Part shown: in pieces, positions 50,501 through 64,000 of the stretch
Layout: every line of letters starts with the position of its first letter
Position numbering within the stretch: position 1 is the first letter of the stretch
NCBI RefSeq assembly: GCF_963921235.1
Contig: NC_086108.1
Coordinates: 23,064,001-23,128,000, forward strand
Reading direction: 5' to 3'
Origin: Mobula hypostoma
Taxonomy: Eukaryota
Length of the DNA: 64,000 nucleotides
Made by a program: the position numbers and the translations under genes
The notes under the pieces: generated by a model
Seen by the model: only the letters and a program-made list of their open reading frames with translations
The model's database searches: none
Told to the model about the DNA's origin: nothing

Positions 50501-51404
50501 TGTTACCTGCAAGAGTTTCTGTGGTATCTTTGTGAAGTAGCTCCTAAAGAAATAGACTTCAGATTGCTATGTCCACATGAACCAACTATTGGATTGTGCA
50601 TATGGAGTGAGGCTGAACTTTGACAGGAGAAGAGCACAATTGTAAACTCAAGTGAGACTGCAGACATTGGAATCTAGAGAAAAATAACAAACAATTGGGA
50701 AGGGTCAGCTATTCAAACAGCATCTGCTGAATTGTAGGTTGAAGTTCTACCACAGGACGTCTCCATCCAGCAAAATCAGACAAGGACAAATCAGTTGAAG
50801 GAGAGCAGAGAAATTCTGGCCACAAGGTCAAGAATCAGCTGTCCCTTTTTGTCTGACATAAAACACATGAAGGGAATTTTAAAAATACTCAAAAGAATAC
50901 AGAATATAGAGTCACCAGTCTAATATTGCACATGTGAAACCGCAACCCTGCCACGAGAGGGCGTCCTTGTACAGAAGCTCAAGAACTGTAAAGCTGTTGT
51001 GGCGCTAAGCCACTGAGTGACTTACATACAGGCTGCTTATTGATTATTACCCATGGCAGCTATTGATCTGGCCAGCTAACCAGTCTGCTCTGATCCTTAC
51101 TATTCTAATAAGGAGATCAGTATATTAATTCATTTTCTGAAACATCACAAAGGCAGAGGTAGATCTGCTTCTTCTGAGAGTAATCTGCTGGTAATCATTA
51201 ACTCTCCATGATGTAGAACACACCCAATTGGAATTAATGGCATTAAATTCATGCACATTTGGTCCAGGCAGGTGATTCTGCTGCACAACTTATGACTGTT
51301 TCACCTTCTGCAAATCACACACTTCAGCTGCTTCCAGTTCATTCATCTCATGAAATAAACTCCTGATCTCTCAATCTACCTTTTGTGTCCTTGCATTTCA
51401 TTTA

Positions 51405-52265
51405 ACCATATAACCATATAACAATTACAGCACAGAAACAGGCCATCTTGGCCCTTCTAGTTCGTGCCGAACTCTTACTCTCACCTAGTCCCACCGACCT
51501 GCACTCAGCCCATAACCCTCCATTCCTTTCCTGTCCATATACCTATCCAATTTAACTTTAAATGACAACATCGAACCTGCCTCAACCACTTCTGCTGGAA
51601 GCTCGTTCCACACAGCTACCACTCTCTGAGTAAAGAAGTTCCCCCCTCATGTTACCCCTAAACTTTTGCCCTTTAACTCTCCAATCATGTCCTCTTGTTT
51701 GAATCTCCCCCTCTCTCAATGGAAAAAGCCTATCCACGTCAACTCTATCTATCCCCCTCATAATTTTAAACACCTCTATCAAGTTCCCCCCTCAACCTTC
51801 TACGCTCCAAAGAATAAGGACCCAACTTGTTCAACCTTTCTCTGTAACTTAAGAGATGAAACCCAGGCAACATTTTAGTAAACCTCTCCTGTACTCTCTC
51901 CATTTTATTCACATCTTTCCTATAATTCAGTGACCAGAACTGTACACAATACTCCAAATTTGACCTCACCAATGCCTTATACAATTTCAACATTACATCC
52001 CAACTCCTATACTCAATGCTCTGATTTATAAAGGCCAGCATACCAAAAGCTTTCTTCACCACCCTATCCACATGAGATTCCACCTCCAGGGAACTAGGCA
52101 CCATTATTCCTAGATCCCTCTGTTCTACAGCATTCTTCAATGCCCTACCATTTACCATGTATGTCCTATTTTGAATACTCCTACCAGAATGTAGCACCTC
52201 ACATTTATCAGCATTAAACTCCATCTGCCATCTTTCAACCCACTCTTCTAAGTGGTCTAAATCTC
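51405..52265 (-). mobile_element. CR1 3' end
   Basis: ORF 51766..52224 FNADKCEVLH..LYKALVR.LEYCVQFWS; (ttatatgg)n tail. Confidence 0.95.
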
Positions 52266-52377
52266 TAGATCTAAATCTAAGTGGTCTAAATTTGTCCTCC
52301 TGTGCTGCACTTTCTCTGTAACAGTAACACTATATTCTGTACTTTTGTTGCTTTTCTCTTTGTACAATCTTAATGTA

Positions 52378-53240
52378 CACACTCAGTGGCCACACTATTA
52401 GATACCTCCAGCTCATGATCCTCTAATGCTGGTGCCCCTACACTTCAAGGTCTCTTTTTGTACTAGTCAGTTAATATTAATATTGTAATTTATAGTTTTT
52501 ATTATTATGTATTGCAACATACTGCTGCCATAAAACAACAAATTTTTGACATATGCCTATGATATTGGTCCCAGCATATTTATGCAACTATAAAGAAGGC
52601 AAAACAGCAGCAATATTTCAATAGGAGTTTGAGGAGATTTGGAATAACACTCGACAACCTCTACAGATGTACCATGGAGAGCATTCTGACAGGCTGCATC
52701 ACTGTCTGGTATGGGGGGGGTGGGGGTGGGGGTGGGGGGCTACTGCACAGGATTGAAGTAAGCTGCAGAGAGTTGTAAAATTAGCCAGCTCTGTCATGGG
52801 CACTAGCCTTTGTAGTACTCAGAACATCTTCAAAGAGTGGAGTCTCAAAAAGATGGTGTCCATCATTAATGACCCCCATCACCCAGGACAATGCCCTGTT
52901 CTCATCAGAAGGAGGTACAGAAGTCGGAAGGCACACACTCGCCAATTCAAGAACAGCTTCTTCCCCTCTGCCATCCTATTTCTGAATGGACATAGAACCT
53001 CACTACTTTTCAATTTTTATGTTTTTGCACTACTTATTGGATATACAGTATATACACCTACTGTAATTCGCAGTTGTTTTCTATATTGTCATGTATTGCA
53101 TTGTACTGCTGCTGGAAAGTTAACAAATTTCACCACCTACACCAGTGATATTAAACCCCACTCTGATTCTGATTAGCTGATTAGATACTTGCATTAATGG
53201 GCAGGTGTACAGATTTACCCAATATAATGGTCACTGATTG
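52378..53240. mobile_element. Tc1-like MITE remnant interrupted by Rex1/Babar 3' fragments (about 52450-53173)
   Basis: Ends cactcagtggccac / tggtcactgattg; internal FKNSFFPSAILFLN with ctgattctga tail. Confidence 0.6.
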
Positions 53241-53429
53241 AATTGTCTGGGAGGCATGCTAATTTATTTTTCCACTGTATCCCTGTACATGTGACAATAA
53301 CAGACCAACGCCCCACATCAGTAGACAATGAGTAAGTACAAGGGAGAATGTAAAGAATGAGCAAAGAACTTCAACAATGTCCCTTCTCCATAGTTGCCAA
53401 ATCCACAGCTCATTTATTTCCATAAGGCT

Positions 53430-54060
53430 TCCATTATAATGTAGTGCTGAGGCTTTATAAGGCATTAGTCAGACTGCATTTATTAGTCACATGCACATCA
53501 AAACATACAGTAAAATGCATTGTTTGCATCAGATCAATCAGCTAAATTTGGAGTATTGTGAACAGTTCAAACACCATATCTTTGAAGGATGTGCTGTCAT
53601 GCGAGAGGATCCAGAAGAGGTTATGAGAATAATCCCAGGAATGAAAGGATTAAAGTATGAGGAGTTTTTGAGGACTCTGGGCCTGTACTCATTGGAGTTT
53701 ACAAGGATGAGGGGGGATCTCACTGAAATTGACTACATATTGAAAGGCCTAGATAGAGCAGGTGTGTAAAGGATGCTTCCAATTGTGTGAGAGTCTAGAA
53801 CCAGAATTGAAAAGTGTTCCTTTCGAACAGAGATGAGAAAGAATTTCTTTCGCAAGAGGATGGAGATCTGTGGAAGTCATTGCCATAGATGGCTTTGGAG
53901 AGAAGTCATTTAAAGTGAAGTCTGATCAGTACTCATTGGGGGTTATGAAAAGAAGGCAGGAGAATGGGTTTGAGAAGGAGAATATATCAATCATGACTGA
54001 ATGGCAGAGTAGACTCAATGGGCTGAATGGCCCAATCTAGTCCTATTTCTTATCAACTTA
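53430..54060 (+). mobile_element. CR1 3' fragment
   Basis: ORF 53491..53769 IPGMKGLKYEE.LRTLGLYSLE..RMRGDL. Confidence 0.85.
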
Positions 54061-54551
54061 CGGTCAATGTCAATCACTTACCTGTCTTTAATGTTACATA
54101 CAGACACACTACACAGATCAAGCCACAGTGATATTAATCGTGCTTCTCTCTAAGGGGTGATGATCGCTCCTTGAAGCCATGATGAGAGAGGTTTTTTATT
54201 TCGTATTTCATATAATCACAGAAAGATACATTACGGAAACCAGCCATTCAGCCCTGAGTTTGAAGTGATTATCACTTACACTGGTCCTACATTAACACCG
54301 AGTATTATGCTCACTGTTTCTACCAGCTCCTCTCTGAAATCTACCGCTCACCTACACACTACGGGCAGTTTACAGCAGCCTATCACCCGCAAATCTTTGT
54401 GATGTGGGATGAAACCGGAGCACCCAGGGGTAAACCCACGTGGCCACAGATAGGAACTGGCTGTCTGGGGCTGTCAGATAATGGCTGTGCAAGTTGAGTG
54501 CCTGTCGTCTTCTTCCTTTATAAACCCGATGCATAGCTGTGGTCATATACT

Positions 54552-55470
54552 CAGACATCCCACCTCTCCTGGAAGTTCTGGGAGTCTCCTGCATATTGAT
54601 AGTGGCTCCCTGATGCCCGCAAATTATATACACTATCCCGGAAATCGATTTTTTTGAGAGCGAGCGAGAGAGAGAGCAAGAGAGAGCGTGAGAGAGAGTG
54701 AGAGCGCGAGAGCGAGAGAGAGAGAGCGCGAGAGCAAGAGAGTGCAAGCACAAGAGAGAGAACAAGAGAGAGCGTGAGAGGGAGAGACTGAGAGACAGAG
54801 AGAGAGAGCACGCGCGCCATGGCAGAGTGTTCCAAAAAAAGAAAATATAAAACGTACTTCACCTGAGACTACACTAAAGTGTACCCCTGGCTAATAGGGG
54901 TCAGAAATAATGACAGTGTTGCTTGCTGTACTGTTTGCAACATATATAGGCATCCGTTAGTCTCATGAGACCATAGATTTTCACCTTGGAAGGTTTCCAG
55001 GGCACAGGCCTGGGCAAGGTTGTATGGAAGACCCTAATGTAGTTGCCCATGTTGCAAATCTCCCCTCTCCACGCCACCGATGTTGTCCAAGGGAAGGGCA
55101 TTAGGACCCATACAACTTGGCACCGGTGTCGTTGCAGAGCAATGTGTGGTTAAGTGCCTTAGTCAAGGACACACACGCTGCCTCTGCCAAGGCTTGAACT
55201 AGCGATCTTCAAATTACTAGACAAATGCCTTAACCACTTCAGTAACTTTTCTATTGCCCATGGTGGGTTAAGACTGTAAAAGATATGTTGAGGTGAGTTT
55301 AACAGGTGTCATTCATTCATTAGCATAGCTAACATTATTTAAGCTAGCTGGCTAGCTGCCAAGGAGCTACTCTATTGTAGACATCCCACCTCTCCCGGAA
55401 GTTCCGGAAGTCTCCCGCAAATTGATGGTGCTACCTCCCTGAAATGAGTTTTTGCAGGGTGGGATGTCTG
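54552..55470. mobile_element. Non-autonomous DNA transposon with 6-bp TSD, containing a (GA)/(GC) microsatellite and a SINE
   Basis: 13-bp TIR cagacatcccacc; TSD tatact (54546-54551, 55471-55476). Confidence 0.85.
54950..55240 (-). mobile_element. tRNA-derived SINE
   Basis: Minus head aagtggttaaggca..agttcaagcc..ccttgactaaggcacttaacc. Confidence 0.8.
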
Positions 55471-56212
55471 TATACTTGCCTACATGTGTGGAATGCTACA
55501 AGTTTTTATGAAGAAAACGAGCTTTTCTGCAGTGCATTGGAACACAGTTCCAGGCTTTTCCAGTTATCTAAGGTGCTGTGTTCCTATCCCTCTGATGGTG
55601 AGTGCTATGTTCCAGGTAGCTGGACGCTCTCATTATAACAGCCTTTTGTTCCTGTTCTTGTGGCCCTGACTGGAGTGAACAAGACCCACTCATTCAATTT
55701 CAAGTTCAAGTTTAAGTGGCATTTAACCATCCATGAACACCCATGGATACAGTGTTTATCCGGGTCCAAGGTGCAAAACACAGCACCAACAGTTACGCAC
55801 AGCACAAAGCATAAACAGCACATATAAAGCAGCAGTAAAATACTGTCACACAAAAAAATACAGTCCAAGACCCTGAGAAGAACTTTGCAGCAGTCTGCAG
55901 TCGAACGCAATACGGCTTGTCTTCTCCCAAGCGAACACTCTGCAAATAAAATTCCTCACAGTTCCTACAGTTCTGCTTGACTTGGCAAAACTTCTGACGT
56001 ATCATGGGTGCAGTGCCTTGGCTCTACACTAGAGGGAGTTGGCAGCATCCAATGAGCCCTGTGCTCCTGCTCTCGGCACAGGGAGAAGCCTATGAATTCC
56101 CCTGGGTGAGGTGGCTTCCTCAGCACCACTTACCCCTCCTTGGAAAGTGGAGGCCAGCATGCCGGGAGAGACGTCTAACAACTTCAGCTCTGGCCTGGAA
56201 CAAGATAGCTAC

Positions 56213-56387
56213 ACAAAATGCTGGAGGAACTCAGCATCTGTGGAAAAGGTCCTAATGAAAGGTTTCGGCCCGAAACGTCGACTGTTTACTCTTTTCCATA
56301 GATGCTGCCTGGCCTGCTGAGTTCCTCCAGCATTTTGTGTGTGTCACTTAGATTTCCAGCATCTGCAGATTTTCTCTTGTTTGTGAC
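56213..56387 (+). mobile_element. Penelope mini-insertion with short inverted end and mutated hammerhead core
   Basis: TSD gatagc(t/c)ac (56204-56212, 56388-56396); cctaatgaaaggtttcggcccgaaacgtcgac. Confidence 0.75.
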
Positions 56388-57059
56388 GATAGCCACTCTG
56401 ATCAGTCAAGTCCAAGTGGACCCAGAGCGTTACTGTGATGTCAGATTTTGGTATCTGCTTGACCTTGAACTCCTGGACTCCTCCTTGAAGAAACCCAGGC
56501 TCCACCAGTGCTGTTTCCGTGAGAAGTGGACGTGGGATCCATGTTCCTTAAAGATTGACTATCTCTGCTACATCCTCTTCTGGCAGCTTGGCCTGTCTTT
56601 CAAGCCCTTTAGCTCCCTGTCACACTGGAGATATCAATGACCTACTTATCGCAGCAAAACGGATCACCAGCTCCAGCTACTGTATCTGCGTAGAGTGGCA
56701 GGGACATGTTACCTCCTCCGGTCATTTCCAGGCATAATAAATTCAAAAAGGCACTTCAAAAAGTGAGGGGGAATGAGTCCTTCGTGCAGCCAAACATCAA
56801 TATCCCTGCAAGGTGAACTTACGGCTTTCTGATTCAAATAGGATCCAGAGCTGACAACACTGGCTACCTAACCTGGATGTTTCAGATGTCTATGTACAAC
56901 CCGGTTTGCAAAAAGCATGGCATGTGTTAAAACAAAATCATGTGATTCATGCTAGAAACCTGAAAGAAATTTGCACTATTAATAATGTAGGAAGTGGCAA
57001 TACATAGCCAATGTTTAATGTCACAGTGATTGCCAAGATCAAAAATCTCAAATATCGTT

Positions 57060-58420
57060 CTATTCTTTAAGAATTGAGGAAATCAAAAGACAGGAAATTT
57101 TCGGCCAGTTAGCCTGACTTCTGTGGTTGGGAAGATGTTAGACTCCACTATTAAGGATGAAGCTTTGAGACACATGATAAAATAGACCAAAGTCAGCATG
57201 GTTTCCTTAATGGAAAACGTTGCCTAACAGGTCAGTTGGAATTCATTGAGGAAAATACAGTAGGGTAAACAAGAGCCAGTGGCTGTTGTGTACTTGGATT
57301 TTTGACAAGGTGCCACACCTGAGGCTGTTAATCAAGATAGGAGCCCATGGAATTACAGGAAAGATACAAGCATGGATAGCCTGCCAGAGGCAAAGAGTAT
57401 GAATAAAGACAACCTTTTCTGTTTGGCTGCTGGTGACTAGCTGTGTTCCACTGGGGTCAGTGCTGGGTCCACTAGTTCTGTTAATGCTGTGGTTGACAGA
57501 AGTGACGGCTTTGCAGATGATACAAAGATGGGTGGAGGAGCAGGCAGTGCTGAGGAAGCAGGGAGGCTGCAGAAGGACTTGAACAGATTAGGAGAACAGG
57601 CTAATAATTGGCAGATGGAATACTGCATAGAGAAGTGTATGGTCATGCACTTTGTTAGAAAGAATAAAGGTGTAGACTATTTTCTAAAATAGGAAGTTAA
57701 TTCAGAAATCAGAGGTGCAAATGGACGGAAGACTTAGTTCAGGATTCCCTAAAGGTTAACGTGCAGGTTGAGTTGGTAGTAAGGAAGGCAAGTGCAATGT
57801 TAGCATTTATTTTGGGAGCACTAGAATAAAGCACGGATGCAATGCTGAAGCTTTATAAGGCATTGATTGAACCACGTTTAAAGTACTGTGAGCTGCACTG
57901 GGCCCCTTATCTAAGGAAGGATGTACTGGAGAAGCTCCAAAGGAGGTTCACAGGAATGATCCTGGGAATGAATGTGTTAATGTATGAGGATGATTTGATA
58001 GCTCTGGGCCTATTCACACTGGGGTTTAATAGAATACTGGGGGATGTCATTGAAAGTTGCTGAATACTGAAAGGCCTGGATAAAGTGGACTTTGGGAGGA
58101 TGTTTTCACTAGTGCGAGAGCCCAGGACCAGAGGACACAGCCTCAGAAAAGAGGGACATCCCTTTAGAACAGAGATGAGAAGGAATGGCTTTACCCAGAG
58201 GGCAGTGAATCTGTGGAATTCATTGCTGTGGAGGCCAAGTCACTGGCCATACTAAAGTGGAGGTTGATAGATTCTTGATTCATAAGGGTATCGAAAGTTA
58301 CAGGGAGAAGGCAGGAAAATGTGGTAGAGAGCGAATATAAATAAGATTAAATGATGGAATAGACTGGATGGGCCAAATGGTTTGATCCTGCTGCTATGTC
58401 TTATGGCTTTATGGTCTAAG
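57060..58420 (+). mobile_element. Degenerate CR1 RT and 3' end
   Basis: FADDTKMGG, LQKDLNRLGE, LYKAL..P.L.YC..WAPYL. Confidence 0.9.
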
Positions 58421-59204
58421 TTCATCCTAATTTTTCATACAGCCTGCGTCTCTTATTTCTACTACATACCTAACTGACCCTACATGGGCACCCTCCACCC
58501 TCCTGCGCTATAGTGACATGGACATATTGAAGCTTGCCCTAACAACCTTCCCATTAAGACAGCTATGAGAAGGCTTGTAGCTGCTGGACAGTCCTGCAGC
58601 ACAGCATCCCAGTCTCTGATGCAGGCCCAGCTTCCAGTCACATCCTCATGTCCCAGATCACCAACCAAACCTAAATGTGTTATTTACTTAAGAGATGTGA
58701 CTTCCCCCTGCTTCAAACTCTGAGGTAACTGCCTGCTTCCTCAATGCAATCTATATCTGATGTTTAAACTCCTAGTGGAATTAAACAAAAATCCAGACAC
58801 TTAATGCTGATGTGCATGTTCATATCTCTCTGATCTCCACAAACTCCCAGATGTAAAACAATTTCCTTTAATAAGCTAGTTTTATATGTCTTATCAGAGA
58901 AGTTTTTCATTCATTCAATAGTCTTTAGATTTATACATTTATTACTTACTTAATAGCAATTCTCTGATCTTGATCATAAATATACTGAACAATGACAAAA
59001 TAGAGTCTTGGAATCGTACAGCACAGAACTAGAACCTTCGAGCCAACAAGTCAATGCTGACCATCACCTACCCATTTACATGAATCCTACATTAAGCCTA
59101 CTGTCCCCACATGCTATCAACCCAAGCCCCGCCCCCACCACCACCACTCCAGGTCCCCTAGATCTACACATTAGATGCCTATTGCAGTTTCCAGTTATTG
59201 CAGA

Positions 59205-59817
59205 TTGCACTTTCTGAGGAAGCTTAAACAAGCATCACTCCCCACTAATATCTTAACTACATTCTATAGAGGCGTGGTTGAGAGTGTGCTGACCTTTTGC
59301 ATCACAACCTGGTACTCCAGCAGCAGCGCTGTCGACAAAGAAGCCTTGCAGAGGGCGGTTAGGGGGAGCAGAGAAGATTATTGGGTCTCCCTACCTTCTG
59401 TCCAAGACCTCTTTCAGAGTCGATACCTCCAGAAGACACGGTACATCATTAAAGACCCCTCACACCCTCTCCATGAACTGTTTGGTCTTCTGCCATCAGG
59501 CAAACGTTACAGGAGCATCAAAACTAAAACCACAAGGCTACTAAACAGCTTCCTCCCACAGGCAGTCAGACTGCTAAATAGCTGCTCCACCTGACTCTGC
59601 TTTGGACACTTTTAACTTGTACTGGACACTTAGAACTTGATTTTAACTGACATGTGGCTGTTGTGTTTTACTATTTATTGTTATGTTTATTATTTAGTGT
59701 TGCGTTTGTTATGTTATGATTTCACTGCTCTTGAGAAACACTGTCTCATTCTGCCCTGCAGAGCTGATGTACGGTTAGAATGACAATGAAGTTTTTTGAA
59801 TCTTGAATCTTGAATTG
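59205..59817 (+). mobile_element. Rex1/Babar LINE 3' end; shorter near-identical copy at 60852-61028
   Basis: ORF 59175..59594 RLHFLRKLK..FYRGVVESVL..DPSHP..LPSGKRYRS..NSFLPQAVRLLN; (ttgaatc)n tail. Confidence 0.9.
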
Positions 59818-62331
59818 AAATTGCTGACTTTGGAATTTGGGAGGAAACCAGAACACCTGAAGACAACACACACAGTTATAGCGAGAACTTGCAACCACCA
59901 CCCAGACAACACCCAAGGTCAGGATTGAACCTGGGTCTCTGGTTCTGTGAAGCAGCAGCTTTATTAGCTGTGCAACTGAGCTGCAGCTAACAAGGACTAA
60001 GTGAAGAACTAAACTGAAGAGCAAGAGAAATGCACTGAGGTGAGCTTAAGTGTTACCTCATGAACCTTAACCCCGTAGGTTCTGATCTGCAGCAGCTTCA
60101 CTTCAATTAACAACGGTGGCAGAAAAGGTGTGTTGTTAGTAGTGGTAGTAATTATCAGAGGCAGAGGGTCAGTGAGGTTGGCTTGTATATTACCAGCTGT
60201 GGATTATAACTGAAAAATGTTCCAAGAAAGGAAAAGTGTCTGAGACTTACATTGTGTAACTGACTCAGTAAAATCTTAGCGGTTAAAGATAAATAGGGGA
60301 GAACTAAAATAGCAGAGAGAGCTAAAACCTGATTTATATAATGTGAATAAAAGGAAGATACTACTGGCAGAGAGCAGTTAAAAAGGAAATTTTTAAAGAT
60401 GAAGCTTGGATTAAATTGATTTGAAATGCAATGCCAAATTTGGATATTTATTGGGTAGAGAAACCTGTATAAGGTTTCTGCAAGAAATCAATATGGCTTC
60501 ATTCTTTTAAGCCAATCATTTTCTGTCTGTGAAGGTTGAGTTTGAATATTTTATGATCTGCAATCAGGGAGAAAGTAACTGAATATAAGGGAACCTTGCG
60601 GATATCAATTAAAATAGGAAAGAAAAGTCATGAAAGGGAGGGAACTCATCAAAGCAGTGTGTAATGATATAGGTCGAGGAATGGAATTGATGGGGCTGCT
60701 TTGAGGTGTAGCATGAACTCAATGGGCTGAATTTACTTCAAAGACAGTCGAGTTTATTGAACAAGTATATGTATGCCCCAGTTTGTGATGCTTGAACCTG
60801 GACTTCTGAGGTCGGGAGAGTGGAAATGCCGGTGCACTGTACACCTATAACATGATTTTAACTGACATGTGGCTGTTGTGTTTTACTATTTATTGTTATG
60901 TTTATTATTTAGTGTTGCGTTTGTTATGTTATGATTGCACTGCTCCAGGGAAACGCTGTCTCATTCTGCCCTGCAGAGCTGATGTACGGTTAGAATGACA
61001 ATAAATTTTTTTGAATCTTGAATCTTGAAAAACTCTCCTGCACAGGATTGCTGCCATTGTCGGACATGATGGACAACCACCACCATATGTATCCAGAGGT
61101 TCAATGAGAAAACTTACTTGCAGTAGCCATCACGAGCAAATTGTATCTGAGACGTACACTCACAAATGTAAATTAAACATAAGTTATACAAGAAAGAAAC
61201 AAAAATCAAAACAAAGTCCATTGTAGTACTAAGAGATAAACAATGTCACACTGTTGAGGTAGTGGTTGGGGTTGTGCAGATTGGTTCAAGATCTAAGTGA
61301 GTGAAGGGAAGTAGCAGTCCTTGAATGTGCTAGTGTGAGACGTCAGGCTTCTGTACCTCCTGCCCAATGGTCGTTGTGAGAAGATGGTGTACAGTGGACT
61401 AGATGGTAGAGATCTTTGATGATAAATGTTGCCTCCTTGAGGCAGTGCCTCATGTAGATACTGTACATGGTCAGGAGAGGCAAGTCTGTGATGTATAGGG
61501 CTGCATTATTCTTCCATGGAAATATGAAAAGATGGAAAAATTAAAGAGGCAAAAGATATTAGCACTTTGTTGCTGCAACCAAAATCAGGAAATAGGTTGA
61601 GTCCTACCCAAACCGTGGTGGCACTGATGAACAAGGAAAATGGACTGTCTGGCTGTCACTGCCATTACCATTACCACCATTATCTTCTTCTCTCTCCTCC
61701 TTCCTTTCCCCTTCCGTTCATTTGGAGTCAAGGATGACTTACTTCCTCCTCAGTTCTGTGGCGGCTATAGTGGGATCTGCAGATTCTACCCATGGGGAAG
61801 CTGATGTTTAACAGAGCAGGCAGGAGGGTAATGTGGGAGGTGGTCCTTCCCTTCTGCCAATTTTGATGCACGTCCTGTGATGTGTTAGCAGAAAGACGTG
61901 AGATTCTCTGTACCACTCTGGATACCCTTCCTTGTTTTGAATGATCATGGGCTAGGGATTTCCATAAGTTAATAAGGGTTCATTATTTCTCAAGAAGGTT
62001 TTTGTTATGATATGTACAAGTGATTATACATAAAAAAGGAATAAGATGCTGGAAATTATGTTTGCAAGTGTGCTGGTGGTACACAAACAGAATGAATGTT
62101 GTGTATTTTGGAGAAGGATATTGATGGGTGAACTGTGCTATAGGAATGTCTCAACAGACTTAGTTGGAAGAATACAAAACCATATAACGCATTGAGAGGT
62201 CTGTGACTATTAAAATGCCTGAATCAGAGGGGTTTGGATTTCATTGTATTCGAATTTCGGCTGTTCAGAAGGCAAATAGTATGTTGGCTTTACAAAAAAG
62301 GGGTTTAGGGAATAAAGACAAGTTCTTTAGT

Positions 62332-63045
62332 AACATACAAAATGCTGGAGGAACAATGGGTCAGGCAGCATCCATGGGAATGAAAAACAATTGATGTTTC
62401 AGGTCAAGACTTTTCTTCAGCACTGGAAAGGAAGAGGGGAAGGTGCCAGGGGGGAGGGGAAGGAGGACAGCTGGAATGTGATAGGTGAAGCCAGGTGGTT
62501 AAGAAAGAATGGCCTTATCATTGGAATATGAGGACCGACAAGTCAGAATGGGAATGGGAATTGGAATTAAAACGGTTGAGCGCTGAGAATTCCGCTTTTG
62601 GTGGATGGAGTGGAGGTGCTCAACAAAGTGGTTCTTCAATTTACAGCAGGTCTCACTCGCGCAGAGGAGGCTGCATCGGGAGCATCGGATGCAATAGGCG
62701 ATCCCGACAGATTCACAGGTGAAGGGTTAAAAGGATTGTTCAGGGTCCTGAATGGAGGTGAGTGGGCAGGTGTAGCACTTTGACTGCTTGCAGGGAAAAA
62801 TATCAGGTGGCAGATTACTGGGGAGGAACAAATGGACAAGGGAATCACTAGAGGAGTGATATCTGTGGAAAGTGCAGAGATGGCGGGGCGGGGGGAAGGT
62901 AAAGATACCTTTGTTAGTAGGATTCCTTTGGAGATGGTGGAAGATGCGGAGACTATGTGTTGAATGTGGAGGATCATAGGGTGGTAGGTTAGGACAAGAG
63001 AAACTCTTACTCCTGTTAGGGTGGCGGGAAGATGGGGTGTGTACA
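62332..63045 (-). mobile_element. Penelope fragment (endonuclease region and 3' end)
   Basis: LVLTYHP, CKQSKCYTCP.TSIQ; terminal gatgctgcctgacc..ttcctccagcattttg. Confidence 0.8.
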
Positions 63046-63869
63046 GTATAAAGGTCTTTTGCTTCTGTTCTCTGAGCTCCACATGCAGGTTTGCTCTCCT
63101 TTTCTGAGAAATAAAACACCTTCCTTAGAGAGAATGGAACAGAGGTATAATTCAGAATAATTCCTGGGATGAGGATACCCCTAATTAAGTAGATGCATCT
63201 GAAGTTAGAAAGAGTGATGTAATTGACACTTATAATATTGTTAAAGGATGAACAGGGCTGGCACTTTGTGGAGATTTTGCATCTCTGAAGAATATGGAAC
63301 TATGAAAAGAAGAAAAAAAAGTCTAAAAATTGGAGACTTGACAACATTTGGAATTCTCTTCCCCCGAGAGCTGTAAATATTGGGCAATGAGCAGGGTCAG
63401 TCAGACCAATGGATTTTTGCCCACTAAGATAGTGAAGCGAATGAAGGAGTTGTCCTGATGTTATTGATTGGAACATGTACTGGTTTTTTATGTGCTTCTG
63501 ATTGAGGAAATGCTGTTGTGAAATGTAGTTAGATAATAGACAGTCTGTGTGTTTGCCAATAGCCCCAATTCCACAGCTTTCAAAAGTAGCTGAGGAGTTA
63601 CCCGTTGGAGTTTAATGTACCTGTCAGACCTCTCTTTATGCTGCTCTAAATCATGTGGCACAGACCTTTCCTCTTCCTGTAAACTCTGCTTAGTCTCATA
63701 TTACATCTACCAATATCTAGGCATTAGAAAAGTAGAAACCTCTGGATAATCCTTCAGTGTAATTTATTTTAATTGAGTCAGCAGCTAATATGTTGCACCT
63801 TGATCTATAAATCACATAATCCAAGTTGGCACTCATGCACAGACTGTGGGAGTGAAGCTCGATCAAAAT

Positions 63870-64000
63870 GTATTCTTTCCAGTGAGATATTAAACTGAGC
63901 CTTCAGCTGATGCTTCGGGTGACTATGAAAAATCCTATGCTTATTACTTAAAGGCTACAAGGGGAATTATTTTTTTGTAACATGACCAATATTTATTCCA
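63870..64000 (+). mobile_element. Ancient DeuSINE-like (Deu-domain) relic, runs off the window end
   Basis: tgagatattaaactgag..gggtgactatgaaaaatcctatg..aggggaatt..gaccaatatttattcc resembles the AmnSINE1/SacSINE1 central domain as recalled. Confidence 0.5.

Noticed and set aside
54370..54862. Leu/Ser-rich ORFs
   Set aside because: Translations of a (CT)n/(GA)n microsatellite.

Overview
Eukaryotic, CpG-poor, repeat-saturated vertebrate DNA. The repeat families (CR1, Rex1/Babar, Penelope, tRNA-SINEs, Gypsy, hAT, Tc1, L1, RTE, HERO) are typical of a cartilaginous fish, probably a ray; this assignment is an inference. I recognise no host protein-coding gene. All long ORFs are retroelement or transposase relics, many nested with readable target-site duplications (TSDs). 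Highlights: (1) a non-repeat block at 26541-28405 whose minus-strand reading frame is restored in frame when two L1 insertions are removed. It has a J-domain-like N-terminus and a converging plus-strand ORF end weakly resembling polyomavirus VP1, so it is a candidate endogenous viral element, unverified. (2) An L1 with a twin-priming 5' inversion and 15-bp TSD (37365-38307). (3) Penelope-derived palindromes carrying hammerhead ribozyme cores. (4) A DNA transposon with a 6-bp TSD. (5) Pbx-Hox/Meis motif clusters and a candidate 87-nt exon in unique sequence. (6) Minisatellites with higher-order structure. Family assignments come from motif recognition by eye, and boundaries without a stated TSD are approximate.
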